Source: Spironucleus salmonicida
Lineage: Eukaryota
Length of the DNA: 64,000 bases
Reading direction: 5' to 3'
Assembly: GCF_000497125.1 (NCBI RefSeq)
Contig: NC_090600.1
Location: 620,001-684,000, forward strand
Below, piece by piece: positions 29,836-42,818 of this stretch. Within the stretch, counting starts at the first letter, position 1; each line of letters begins with the position of its first letter. The position numbers and the translations under genes are program-made. The notes under the pieces are model-generated. The model was not told where the DNA came from. It did no database searches and saw only the letters and a list, made by a program, of their open reading frames with translations.

Positions 29836-32442
29836 TATATTATTATATACCAATACCATGATAATCTGTCGCTTTAATGTTCAAAGCAAGCACCGCCATA
29901 TACGAGCAGCTGTTCGGCGACCTGAAAACGGAAGACGGCACCGTGCCGCTTTCTTGCAGCACCTAGGTACTCAAGCAGTTCAAGTCGATCATGACCCCCG
30001 ATTTCGTCAAGGAGCTGCTGTCCCTCTTGGACCTAGACGACTCAGAGACGCTCTCGAAAAGCGAATTCATGAGGTTCTGCTATATCGCAGAGAACACGTT
30101 CAAGCCCCGCGACACCGCCAGGAGCCTCTTCTGCTTTGCCGATACGGACTTCTCTGGTAGCATTGACGCGCAGGAGTTCGTCTGGATCATGCACAGGATA
30201 ATAGGCGAGTTTTCCGACGCGGACATGACTTAGGCCTTCAAGGAGTGCGCGACGGGGGAGGCGATGGACTACGAGACTTTCATGCTGCTCATGAGGGAGT
30301 TTGCATGAGTGATGTTGGCCCATTTACAGTTTAGGGCAGAGAGGCTATTTTGCATGAAAATGCGTCAGCTTCTGCCAAATTCGGATAAGAACCCGAAATT
30401 GCTGTCATCTGAAATTGTATTTCGCGACTACTCCAGAATTAGTTTAGATTTTAAACTTTGCCAGCTTCTAAACGTTAGAAGACGAGAAATGAGAGAAAAC
30501 AACTTTTACTGCCAATTCAAATCGCCCAGATTGCACTTTTTCTGCTGAAGGCAAGTAATCTTGAGGGAATAATAGCAGGGCAGTAAATGCGCAGTACTAG
30601 TCTCTGGGAGTGAAATAAAGTGGTGTGCTAAATTCAACTCGTCTGGCACCGAGTATGCTAATCGCCCAGATTTATAGTATGAACCACAAGAAAGCAACGG
30701 AAATATTGACTCTTTCCTGTGCAAAGCTAGGTGAACCTGCCAAATCTGACCGTTGATGCAGCAAAGCCTCAGAAACGCGATATTTGCTACGCCGCGACTC
30801 GCATTTTGTGCTAATTCTGACCGTTTTGGCGGGCCAGAAATACGGTTTTAGGACCGGAATACGGCTAGACTGGCGCCCAGTAAAAGTTCAAAAACTGCGT
30901 AATTGGAAGGTTTGTTGAGGGAAAATGCATCTATTAATGCTAAAATTGGGCTCCTGAGGGCCAGAGAATAACGGAAGACGCTAGCAGGATCCGGCTGAGC
31001 ATACGCTATGATGAGCTTCGCTGAATGCGCATTTTGCGTTTCTGGAATTAGCGCTTCTAAAGGCTAAATCAGAGCAGGGGCGAATTGGTGGCATTAAGGA
31101 GTGGCGGAAACTGGGCGATGAAATAGTGTGCGATAACAGTTGGTAGAATTAGGTGATATGGAGTAAATGGGCGCTTTTTGAGCAAAATTTGGTCTGTGCT
31201 GCGTGCTCCAAAATAGCGGTGGGCTGTTTGTCTAAAATAGTGTGAATATGCGGATGTATCTTAGGGCCGTGTGGAATGGGGGTTGAATGAAATGTAAATA
31301 GATTACATTTTGGCAAGTAATGAATATTTCATATTTGGCGCCGTCGGTCCAGGGCTTAGTCAAAAGTCAGTATTGGTGAATGGTACTAATTAGTAAATAA
31401 TATATCAATTGCAGCATAAACTTTGCAGCACTTTAAAAATGATATATTTTAGCGGTCGGACTGTATCTGGGAATATCGCCTAGTTTATTACGGTCGTTAA
31501 ACGCAGCACTATGCTAGGGCAGTAATTTTATGGTTGTGTATGGTTTATTTGAATTGAAATATGTTAATCAAATATACATAAAATTTATCTTGCCTGTTAC
31601 CTCGAGTCCTTATAAGAGCTAATATTTCGACTTACTCTTCGCTGTTTATTGATCTTCTAAGAGCACCGTGTGGTCAATATTTATTTTGACCAAATCATTC
31701 ACTGGGGTTAAATAAAAGTATCCGCTTCGTGAAGAGAATGATTAATAATCTTTTAGCTTAGACATACAAATATTCGCCAGATTTATCTTGATAAAATTTG
31801 CTACGCATAGCCACTGTAACATTTAGTCCAACCTAAAGTTAAACACTTATGGAAATTTCTCATAACCTAAATATATTATATTTACTTCAGTCGCTCTTGG
31901 GAAAAGCCTGAATACGGATTTAGACAGTTTTAGCTTGAGTCTCTAGGCATAATAATGTTTTGAGTTAGTTTAGTAAAAATAAACTTCTACCAATAGAAGT
32001 TATAGCATATACAGTAACATTCATTTTAAGTTTTTTTGAATTAGGAAAGAAACTTACTGTAATTTATATTTTATATTGGTAACTATTAAATTGTGTCAAG
32101 GTATGTTTCCTGTGCCTATAGTTGTATGAGGAGGTAATTTTATTGCAAATTTTGGAGCATCTTGGTCTTTTATTTTTTGTAAATTTTTTATTTTAGCAAA
32201 AGATTGGGTATAAAGTTTCCTGTAGACGGTGATTATTTCAATAGACTAAGATATCTCACTTAAAGAGCTTCATATTAACAGTATAGAAATTCGGTTTATA
32301 AATTTGATTTTGTTAGCTGTTCCTATTAACCTACTAAGATTATTTTAAAAATTTAGATTAAGTTATCTGCGAATTAGTTGGTAAATAGTACTGATTATGA
32401 AGGTATTTTTATATTACTTAATAAATTAGAAACATTAGTTAA
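29836..32442. repeat. Inverted repeat R1, right arm
   Basis: Reverse complement of 7605-10211. Confidence 0.95.
29877..30308 (+). CDS. EF-hand protein, copy 2
   Basis: Mirror of 9739-10170; DTDFSG instead of DADFSG. Confidence 0.85.
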
Positions 32443-32778
32443 CTACTAGTTTATGAGTGTCTGTGCGAAATAAAAAATAGATCAGGTATCCATAAAATTT
32501 TGTTCACTTATTTTAACGTTGCAATTTTTATACTTGAGGACTTCAACGAAATAAAAATATAAGCTAATACTAATAAAGTTTAATACACTGATAACTCTAA
32601 TAATTTATAATCTTTTTAAGTATTGAACGTATTTAACCTGATATTCTAAATTTCTACTAATTCCCAAATTGATTATAATGATCATATTCAAAGATACTTA
32701 CTATTAACTAAACGAAAAACTAAGTTTTCCTTGTATTGTTAATATATATTGATTATATTTTTAAAATAAGTAAGAATA

Positions 32779-33252
<474 letters not shown>

Positions 33253-33361
33253 TATTTCCTGTACTATCGATTTAGAAATTATTTTTCTAATCTATTCAAC
33301 TTTAATGATAAATTATTAAATACGCTTTTTATCCTTTTACAAATTACACACCATTCAATAA

Positions 33362-33886
33362 ATGAAAAATGTAGTCAAGCTAGGAAATTCTTAGAAGTTA
33401 AAGATTACTAATACCCCATCGATTTTGTAATTATTGAAGAACCCTTCGTGCATTAATAATTAATGTAAAAATTAGTTTAATATACTTAAACCATTAAATA
33501 GGTTAAATATTAATCAGAATTTATCTCATGAGTCCTATGAAGAGCATACGATTGATGAAGCCATAATTTATAAGACATTAAACTTTAGTAGTGAAATTAA
33601 TACAGCGAGAAGCTCTAATAAAGTAAAATCTGGTAGACTAGCACTATGTATATCAAGTTAACGCATATAATTTGAAAGTATAAGGTAATAACTATAAAAA
33701 GTTCAGAAGTATTTAACAAATTAGAGCAGAATACTGAAAATATGTTATATTAAAGTTCTAAACTTTTAAGAAATCTTAAAAGTCCGAATAATTGAATATA
33801 ATGATGGAAGTTCACAGCAAGCTGCATTCAATTTATGTTAAATGCTAATACACAATTTGATATCCAACTTAGTAGTTTTTAATTGA
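33362..33886 (+). CDS. Hypothetical protein (174 aa)
   Basis: Open ATG-TGA frame; no homology recognised. Confidence 0.35.
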
Positions 33887-34561
33887 AAAATTGTATTTTC
33901 TTCTATCCTGATATTGGATATAAGTATAATACAGCATTTACCCAGCATTGATACTAAAATATATCAATATAAGAAACGAACTTTAAAAATTAATTTAGGC
34001 GATACTCATTCATGATAGTCAGTAAGGATTTTAATTTCTATTATTCTGCATTTTTAATATTAGTAATCTAATAAAATTATATTTAATTTTTACTGAGTAA
34101 GATGGGTTTCACACTTATTGAATATTTTTATTAAAATTAACTTAGCGTAGTATAACTAGATATAAATTGTACCATCTGATGAACTGCATCTGATAACTAT
34201 AAATATTGTTATGTTAGCTTACCAATGAAGCGTTGTACTATTTTTAACTACCACTGTTAGCTCCAAAATATCAACCAACCCATCCCTTTATCTTAGTTCA
34301 GGAAGGAGCAAAGCGTTGCGGTATGGCGCCGGTTTAGGCGGGTAGTGAGGGTCCTGTAATAACAAATTTGCTGTTACGCCGCTTGCCCTTGTCTTATGCG
34401 ATTTTCGACCTCGGAAAATGTGTCCGGCAGGCACGGTTTAGGGCAGCGCGGGATCGCCGAAGTCGAAGCTGGGCTGTGACCTATCCCGAAATTCTTCATC
34501 GGCACGGCAATAATCTTCGAAGGCGCCCCGCACGATGCAATCCGTAAATTCGCAAGAGCAA

Positions 34562-35272
34562 TCACTCCAAAATACGGCAAATAGGGAAGTGGACGACGGG
34601 GGCGCAGACGGCTTCTTCGGGGATTTCGGGGACCACAGGGCCCTTCATGTCGCAGGAGTCGCAGTCGGTGATGCCGCAATGGAAGATGAAGTTGGGCCTC
34701 GTGGCGAGGTCGGAGGTGCAGTCAATGGCGAGGTTGCAGTCGGCGTGGAACTCAATGAGGTACTTCAGGGAGGCGAGGCCGGCGGGGATGGGGCCTTCGA
34801 GGAGGTTGCAGGCGAAGTGGGCCTCCTTGAGGAACTTGAGCTTGCCGATGCACTTGGGGATAGCGCCGGTGAGGAGGTTGTAGTCCATGTAGACGAACAT
34901 GACGTTGGCGAGGTTGCAGAGACATGTGGGAACGACGCCGATGAGGCCGGCGTTGTTGGCCTGGAGGTACTGGAGGTGGACGAGCGTGCAGAAGCTGGCG
35001 GGGATGGCGGAGACCAGGTTCTGGTTGTTGAGGTAGAGGGACTTGAGCATGGGGAAGGAGGCAAAGACGTCGGGGAGCTTGCCGACCAGCCCGAAGCCGT
35101 CGAGGTTTATATCGATGACGAAGCCGTCGCGGTTGCAGATGATGCCGGCCCAGGCGCACTCCGGGGCGGAGGTGTTCCAGGCGGAGGCCCCTGCCCAGAG
35201 GAGGCCGCCGTTGGCCGCGTAGATGGCCTCGAGCGCTTGGCGCTGCGTGAGGACTGCCAGGATGGAAATCAT
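34562..35272 (-). CDS. CWP: Cyst wall protein, copy 2
   Basis: As 19365-20075 except MDYNLL vs MDDNLL. Confidence 0.88.
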   Translation of the reverse strand: MISILAVLTQRQALEAIYAANGGLLWAGASAWNTSAPECAWAGIICNRDGFVIDINLDGFGLVGKLPDVFASFPMLKSLYLNNQNLVSAIPASFCTLVHLQYLQANNAGLIGVVPTCLCNLANVMFVYMDYNLLTGAIPKCIGKLKFLKEAHFACNLLEGPIPAGLASLKYLIEFHADCNLAIDCTSDLATRPNFIFHCGITDCDSCDMKGPVVPEIPEEAVCAPVVHFPICRILE

Positions 35273-35374
35273 TGAGGGACGGGAGGCGGCGTAGGGCCGC
35301 GTCTACACCCTACGCCGGAGCTGTCCGCGCCACTCCCCAATGTAGTCCGTATCAGGTGAAACGCACCTAGGCAG

Positions 35375-35629
35375 TCACTCGTAGACCTCGTCCTTGCAGA
35401 AGCTGACCTCCTCGATGTCGCCGCCCTGGGCCTCGTCCAGCTCCTGCAGCTTGGTCAGCATCAGGTGGTAGAACTCCGTGTTCCTCTCGAACTGCGCGTG
35501 AACCTGGTCCAGGTGCAGCTTGATCTTTCCAACGCCAGCCTTCGAGAAGTAGTCCTCGTTCTGCACCTTCTGGAACTCGGTCTCATCGTCACTGAACATA
35601 TCACGCATTACATTAAAGAAAGGAATTTT
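35375..35629 (-). pseudogene. 5'-truncated copy of the 3' third of gene 18441-19262
   Basis: Identity stops at 35629; upstream frame meets TGA at 35822-35824 with no ATG. Confidence 0.6.
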
Positions 35630-36239
35630 AATGTAATCTAAAAATACATTTCTCACTTTGTTATAATAATATTTTAGCCAGTTTGCTTTAAAGTATGAAA
35701 TGAGACTACAAAAAGTTAGTAATGTTAGAATATGTGTTTTCGACTAATTAAGAAATATTTTATACTTAGATTAAATTTGAATTTCGTTTAAGAATCTTAT
35801 AAATAATGATACTATTTTATCTCATATTTATTTTTAACTTTTCATTTAAGAAAATCAGAATAAGTGTAAATCTCTGTTAAATCACAAGAATAGTGAGTGT
35901 ATTTTAAAGAAAATATAAAATAAGCGATTATATACAAGAAATTTGTATAAAAAGCTGTATATGTAATTGACTTTTTGAAAAATTAACTTTAGCTGAGAAT
36001 TTTAGGACAGAATAAATTACGTGTATAAACATAAAATATTTATTACTAATAAAAATTATACTGACACACTTTTAGATATATAACTCATTTAAATACTATC
36101 TAAAACAAGCAATATATTAAATTTGTGTTTTTCCAGTTACAGTAATATACGATACATCTTTAAGACTATATGGGATTCAGCTCTAATAATAAACAAGTCC
36201 AATTATAAACTCTTATTAACTGATTTTTCAGTCTATGCA

Positions 36240-37511
36240 TCTGCAGAGCGCAAGCTGCGACGCGTTCTCCAGATAATATTGTGTTTTGGCATAGAATACT
36301 TAACTATAAAAACATTTAAAAATGAAATATGACGAATGGTGAAAATACATTATGCGTTATAATACAAATTAGGTTAGTTAATAATTTCACCAAAGTTTTG
36401 GCCTGGAATATGCCTATCTACCTATTATATTGATAATAATTCTTTCTACAATAATCGTAAAATACACTTATTTTTTATGTAGACTGTATATACAAGAAGA
36501 AAAAACTCCTAGTAACGGATTATTATATTACTTATTGAATGGAATTATCTTAACTAGTATATAGATATCATTAATATGACATATACATATATTAGACTAA
36601 GTAGAATAATTACTATCTACTTATTTATTTTACTAATACATATAGGCCACTACTAATAGTAATTCTAGTACGAGGTATTTTAGTAATGCCGATCCAAAAT
36701 TTTGTACAGAGGATAAACCAAGCGGACAGGAAACAGTACGTGTACGATCTATCGGCGCTCGATTCAGACCAGATTGAGTCGCTTCTGTCTTACTACGGCT
36801 ATCCCAGCGACATCCAAAACCCCCACTACACCATTTTCGCCTAGCTGCTCCACGAGCTAAGCTCGCTGTGCTGCGAGGTCCAAGCTCTCACACCCCCGCT
36901 TACGATATCTTACTCCGACGACGCGCGGAAAATTATCGTCGTAGACCAGGAGTACTGCAGCGGAAGCGCCGCCGTCATGACGCACAGCACCAAGAGGAAG
37001 GTCATGGGCATGAGCCTAGGGCCCGTGATGCTGGACTTTGACAGCTCCTCCATCCTCAACATAGACGGCCAGGTGGTGTTTACGAACTTTTACACCGTCT
37101 TGGAGGCCGTCCTCAGCGGGAAGGGAAGCCAGGAGGCGACGGAAGACAGCAGCGACGCGTGCGACATAGAAGATCGCACGGCCCGCCAGCATCAGGATCT
37201 GCACGTGAACCTGGACTTCAAGCTGGAGGTCTCGTGCAACTGAGTTATGGTCTGGCCAATTGAGCTACATAGTGAGACGAGTTATTAGCGTAGATTGTAT
37301 TGTATTAAACCGTTTACTCTACACTATGAGTGTGGTCGCAATGATAGAATATGTGCATATGCACACTGAGCTACTGTAGATATTTTGCTGTCCAGGTAGT
37401 GGATATTATGCGAACAGTAGCCCACCTTCCAGAATATAGTATATACCAATTGCTGCCAGATAATCAACTAGTCACACTACACAAATCGTCTTCAAAGGTT
37501 ACATGTAGATA
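36240..37511. repeat. Palindrome arm A (1272 bp; partner 55136-56407)
   Basis: Coordinates sum to 92647. Confidence 0.95.
36686..37243 (+). CDS. Hypothetical protein (185 aa), copy 1
   Basis: MPIQNFVQRINQADRKQY...; GC3-rich. Confidence 0.75.
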
Positions 37512-38364
37512 CTCTTAAATATGCGTTCGTTTCAAATATCACCTATTGGTCCGAAAAATTACTTATGACACAACGAATATGGTAATTCTGATATATTTTT
37601 ACTTATAATCCACATTTTTGCAAAGATAAATTATTTAGGCATAGAATTTGATTTAGTCCAATCTAATTGCTGCGGTTTGATACTAGAAGCAACATAAAGT
37701 TCACTCCAAATTCAACACAAACCTAACTTAATAATATTGTATTGATTTGAATGGAAAATTAGTTTTTAGGTCATTGTTTGTGTAAAATTAAATTTTATGT
37801 GTATAATTATATATGTACGTCAAGATGCAGAAACTATACAAAAATTTAAAGTTATACCAATTACTAGAAGAAATATGTGTGGATTTTAAACTATATTGTA
37901 CAATACGGATATATAACAGTAATTACAAATTATTATAAAATAACAGTTAATAGATGTTATATGTCAGAAGTTAACTCAATTTTATACCAGGCCCAGTAAT
38001 AATTAATGCAAGATTTAACTATATAAATCTGTACTAAACACTTCAAATCATCGTAATATTCTAAAACATGTTAATTAATATAGGAATTTCATAGTAGCAA
38101 ATGGCATCTTATTATTAAAATGTTGATAAAGAATTCTGGCTTTATATTGAGGCTGCAAATATTTTATTACCTTTTAGAATATACGTTAATGTAAAACTTA
38201 TATACTATACATATATGCATAGATATGTCTATAGTCATATACAATTTTTAGTTTAGCGATAATTGATGATTATATTCGTAATTATCTAAAGATCATTATT
38301 TTCTAAATAGTAAATCCCATATAAATAGATAATAATAGTTATTTCTTATTTCTAAATTTTTAAA

Positions 38365-38829
38365 ATGGATCTGTTTGTTCTGCCAAAATCTGGCGAGAGT
38401 TCATTAGATATATAGGAGTAAGTACCATCAAATTTACTAACAATAAAATCATCGACTAATATATTTACATGGATACTAAGAATAATCATAAAAATATTAC
38501 TTTTAATAAAAGAAATTTTAGTTTAGTAACATAATATATAAATTATAACATTTAAGTATAATATTGATATCTTAATGATTTCATAATTTTCCTTGTAATT
38601 AGCAGGAATTATCTTAGTATATTTTTACTTCTATAAGAATGCCATTTTAGGTAAAAAATTAGTATAAATTTGCTTCAGTCTGGAAATTTTAATTATTGAA
38701 GCATTAATTACTGTTTATAATTACTATAGCTGCGATATCTCATGGTTTTGTTAATTATACCGTTTTTTTGTCTGGTGGCAAACTATATTTATTATTATAT
38801 TAAAGTTTTCTCACTTAATTAATAATTGA
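38365..38829 (+). CDS. Small membrane protein, AT-rich paralogue (154 aa)
   Basis: Aligns with 53876-54337 (YFYFYKxxxLGKKL, CFSLEIL, LYRFxVWWQ). Confidence 0.8.
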
Positions 38830-39400
38830 TGTGTATAATATTTTTACTAAATAAGCTGTATTTATTATGTGCAATGTAATATTTATTATGATAGAATTAT
38901 GTAAAAGTATTATTTCTTCCTAAATACAATTTTAGAAAGTCGTATACTAAATAAAGTGACATACTGATCTCTTTACACATTCAATTTTGTATGATATTAG
39001 ATTTATTAGTGTATCAAATTATGTGTTACCATAAAATGATTTAATATTAGACGAATCTAGATGTGATAAATATAAATAAACTAGTCTAATCTAAAAAATG
39101 AATTGAAAATACATTTTAACAGCAGTTTGATAAGATTTAAATTTATTTACTCTCTATCTTCATTATAAACAAAATCCCATAAAGTATTTAGCAGATAATT
39201 GTAGTTTACCTCATGTTAATAAATATTTAATAAAGTTTTATTATACCAAATACTGAAAAATTCAATTTATTTTATTATTAACGTAAATAGTAGTTATATA
39301 TAACCAATTACGTGATATGATATATTAATCTTGGATTTTTTCTTTACTATATTTTATTAAAATTACAGCACTAGTTAATTCTTACTATTCAACGCTTAGA

Positions 39401-39778
39401 ATGCATACCAATATGGCCAGCCAGCTTATCCGGATAGCCGCCAAGATTCTGCTTCTGTGGAAGGAGCTCACGCAGCAGCAGAGCGCAGATACCTTCGCCT
39501 TCAAGTACGACCTCGACATACTGATGTGCTCGCAGATGACCTTGCAGGCCACCGGGGTATTTCTGCTGTACTTCTACTTCTACAAGGACTCAGTTCTGGG
39601 CAAGAAGCTGATTTAGGGGTGCTTCAGCCTGGAGATTCTCAACATCGAGACCATGGTGACCATCTACGAGCACCACTCCCACCCGATCTCGGTGTTCTGC
39701 TAGCTCTACCGCTTCTTGGTCTGGTGGCAGGCGCTCTTCATTTTTATCCTCAAGTTCGCAGACCTAATCAGCGCCTGA
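39401..39778 (+). CDS. Small membrane protein, 5'-truncated or chimeric copy (in-frame ATG also at 39317)
   Basis: Lacks the MDLF N-terminus present in the other two paralogues. Confidence 0.6.
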
Positions 39779-39959
39779 GGTCCGGCCAGCAAGGGCAGAG
39801 CAAGTGAGCATGCAGCGCTTCATCGGGGCTGGGTTGGTTTTCCTGGCGGCAGAATTAACCCGCCTCGTGCGTGAGCCTTCGCCGCCCATACCGAAATTGG
39901 GTCGGGTATATCGTCGCTCGAACAGCATCTGCCGCGAGGGACACGATAAAATGATAGAA

Positions 39960-41000
39960 TCACTTGAAGAGAGGGGCGTCGGGGTTCATGGTGGCGCCGG
40001 TGGCGAGGATGGCCTTCTTGAGCCAGCTGATGGTGTTGGCGGAGTTGAGCCCGGAGGCGCACTCGCCGGTCACGAGGATACCGTCGCAGCCGTCGTAGAT
40101 GGCGTTGGCGATGTCGGACATTTCGGCGATGGTGGGGGTCTCGAGCTCTATGAGGGACTCGAGGTGCTGCGTGGCGCAGACGATCTTGACGTTGTGCTGG
40201 CGGCAGACGTCGGTGATGTACTTCTGGAGGTAGTTCACACGGCAGAGCTTCGTCTCGACGGCGAGGTCGCCACGGGCGATGAGCATGATCTCGCACTCCT
40301 TGCAGATCTCGTGGAGGTCGAGGACGGCGGTGGGCTTCTCGATCTTGGGCATGACCTTGGCGCGGCCGTTGATGATCTTCTTGGCGGCGCGAACGTCGTC
40401 GGCGGTCTGGATGAAGGAAAGCATGATGCACTCAATGCCGATGGCGCAGGCGTTCTCGATGCACTCGACATCGCGGGGGGAGGTGGTGCTCAGGGGGAGC
40501 ACGCGGGCAGGAAGAGCGACACCCTTTCTATCGGAGATGGTGCCCTCGCGGACTACCTTGGTGACGATTTCTCTGATACCGGCAGCGTTGGTGTGGTTCT
40601 TGGTGCACTCGACGACGACGATACCGTCATTGATGAGGATGGCGTCGCCGACCTGGCAGACGTCAAAGAACTCGGGGTGGGGGAGGTACACGCGGGTGTT
40701 GTCACCGTCGAGTGGGGACTCATCGAGGATGAAGGACTGGCCCTTCACGACCTGCTGCGGGCCGCCTGCGAACTTGTTGATTCTGAGCTTGGGGCCCTGG
40801 ATGTCGCCGAAAATGTGGACCTTACGCCCGGCAATCTTCTCGGCCTCCTTGATGTTGTTGTAGTACTCGGTGTGGTCAGCGCAGGTGCCGTGGGAGAAGT
40901 TGATACGGATGGTGGTGATGCCCTGGTTGATGAGCTCGGCAATAACCTTGGGGTCCTTGCAGGAAGGACCGAGCGTGCAGAACATGTTGCATTCTTACAT
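39960..41000 (-). CDS. PYK: Pyruvate kinase, barrel + B domain only, copy 1 (346 aa)
   Basis: CTLGP, RINFSHG, DIQGPKLR, KIEK, ARGDL, ATQHLES; start MQECNMF with TAA=Q. Confidence 0.9.
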
Positions 41001-41895
41001 ATGAAGGAGTGGTAAATAAACCACAAATATTCAAATAATATATAATTTTATTATATCAAAACATACCTAGTATTGTTACTGACATAATCAATATCATTTA
41101 TATTAGATAATTATAAAATAATATTATTAATATAGGTTCTATTTGATAAGTTATAGTAATCATTAAAAGTGTCATATTCATAAAAAATATATTAATTAAT
41201 ATTGTTATTAGTTGGTTTATTCCTAATAATCTATATTGTTTTACATAATAGTATTAATCATGTTTGAGGATCTACCTCTTTTAAAATCAAATTTAATTAA
41301 CTCTTCTTAACAAAATTTTGTATTTTGCTATCAGAATCACATATAACTTATAAATTAAAGTATAATAAAAGTTTCTTTGGAGAGTCCTCCTTAGCAAAAA
41401 TCAATAAAATAAATTTTACCAGAAGTAAGACTTGAAATTCTATATCTATAAATTATTTATTCAATTTTTATAATACTATATTTTTATATTTAAGATGATG
41501 TAAATTCAAAATTATTCTTTAAATGATAATTTGAGCTATATTAGATTTAAAATATAATAATACTTTTTTAATAATAAAGTTATTTTACCGTCATGTGTTA
41601 ATGTAAATTGTATTATTAATATTTAATTATAAATCTTATACTATAATAATTAATATATGGATTTCAAACTTTAGCAAATTTAATAAATTACTAGGATGTA
41701 TAATTTTTACATACAGATCAAATTTGTTCTAAGAGTGATTTATATAATAACAACCCAGAAAAATAGGCCAAATAATCATATATATATATATATATATATA
41801 TATACTTTGTTTAAAATGGAATAGGCATATGTTTGTGATACTTATTTATCGATTTATTAATAATATTTAGTAATATATCAAATATAAAATATAAA

Positions 41896-42162
41896 ATGGG
41901 AGCCGCAGTTTCGCAACTGCACGACGACATCATAGGCGACATCAACGAGGCGAGGCGCGTCACGGTAGCCATCGCTCCCCCTGTGCTAGACAACACCATT
42001 TCCCAGCGCAGCCTGATAAGCCGCACCGTTGACCAACGGCAGATGCAAAGCGGCGCCCTCTCGCAGAGCGCGGACGAGAAGAGAATCTCCCACCGGCGCC
42101 TGGAGAGCGTGCTGGGCTCGATGCAGCATGCCAGCTCGGACAACATCCTGAGCTTCAAGTGA
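41896..42162 (+). CDS. Small protein with MGxxxS N-terminus, copy 1 (88 aa)
   Basis: MGAAVS..., ends AAGTGA. Confidence 0.65.
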   Translation: MGAAVSQLHDDIIGDINEARRVTVAIAPPVLDNTISQRSLISRTVDQRQMQSGALSQSADEKRISHRRLESVLGSMQHASSDNILSFK

Positions 42163-42177
42163 GTGTTCAAAAACCCG

Positions 42178-42426
42178 TCACACAAGGCGCCTGGCCAGTC
42201 GGCGGAGCAGGCCGCACGCCCGCTGGCACCGGCCCTGCGCCGCGGTCATGCCGTGCAGCCGGCGAATCCTGGGGACCGAGACCCCCGTGGCGTCCGAGAT
42301 GTAGACCAGCGAGTACCGGCGGACCACCTCCCGGAAGGCCGCGTCCAGCAGCTTCGCGTCGGCGTGCAGGAGGACGGGGAGCGTGCCCGTGCGCGCGGCG
42401 ATGAATTCCAGCAGCGGCCTGTGCAT
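42178..42426 (-). CDS. Small basic hypothetical protein, copy 1
   Basis: MHRPLLEFIAAR...RRLV; GC3 bias; alternative ATG 15 nt upstream. Confidence 0.5.
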   Translation of the reverse strand: MHRPLLEFIAARTGTLPVLLHADAKLLDAAFREVVRRYSLVYISDATGVSVPRIRRLHGMTAAQGRCQRACGLLRRLARRLV

Positions 42427-42818
42427 TTTTCCGGGCCACATAGGCTAGTTTCCTGGCAGAATACCCTTTTAGTATAGGCGAAAACCTATTTTCCTGCCGG
42501 ACGATTCTGGATTACCTGGTACATTACTCGCATTCGGAGCGGACCGGCAGCGCCGTGCTGGCGTCCGAGCCGGCGAGGGCAAAAGGTGCAGGGCTGGGCT
42601 GGGTCCAGACAGACTAGGGTGCAGCGGGAGGCCGCGAGTGAGGTTAAAAGATAACTCCGCAGGCGCACGGCAGCGGTATACATAATTGGGATCGTCAGAA
42701 TAAATTTATCAGCATTTAGTTAGCCAGGGATAAATCCTCATCACTGGGGGAGCGGAAGCCCAAATTCAATTTCGCGGCGGTCGCCTATATATATAAAAGC
42801 GGGCTGTTTAGCGCAAAA

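Larger units (their letters stand above)
34291..35629. repeat. Inverted repeat R2, right arm
   Basis: Reverse complement of 19008-20346. Confidence 0.95.
39395..41019. repeat. Palindrome arm B (1625 bp; partner 52635-54259)
   Basis: Coordinates sum to 93654. Confidence 0.95.

Noticed and set aside
39804-41015. 403-aa ORF antisense to PK, and similar ORFs opposite CWP, Myb and arm C genes
   Set aside because: Shadow frames produced by strong GC3 bias; the sense frame has clear homology.
41260-41738. ORF in the B-C spacer
   Set aside because: Extremely AT-rich low-complexity translation, no supporting signals.
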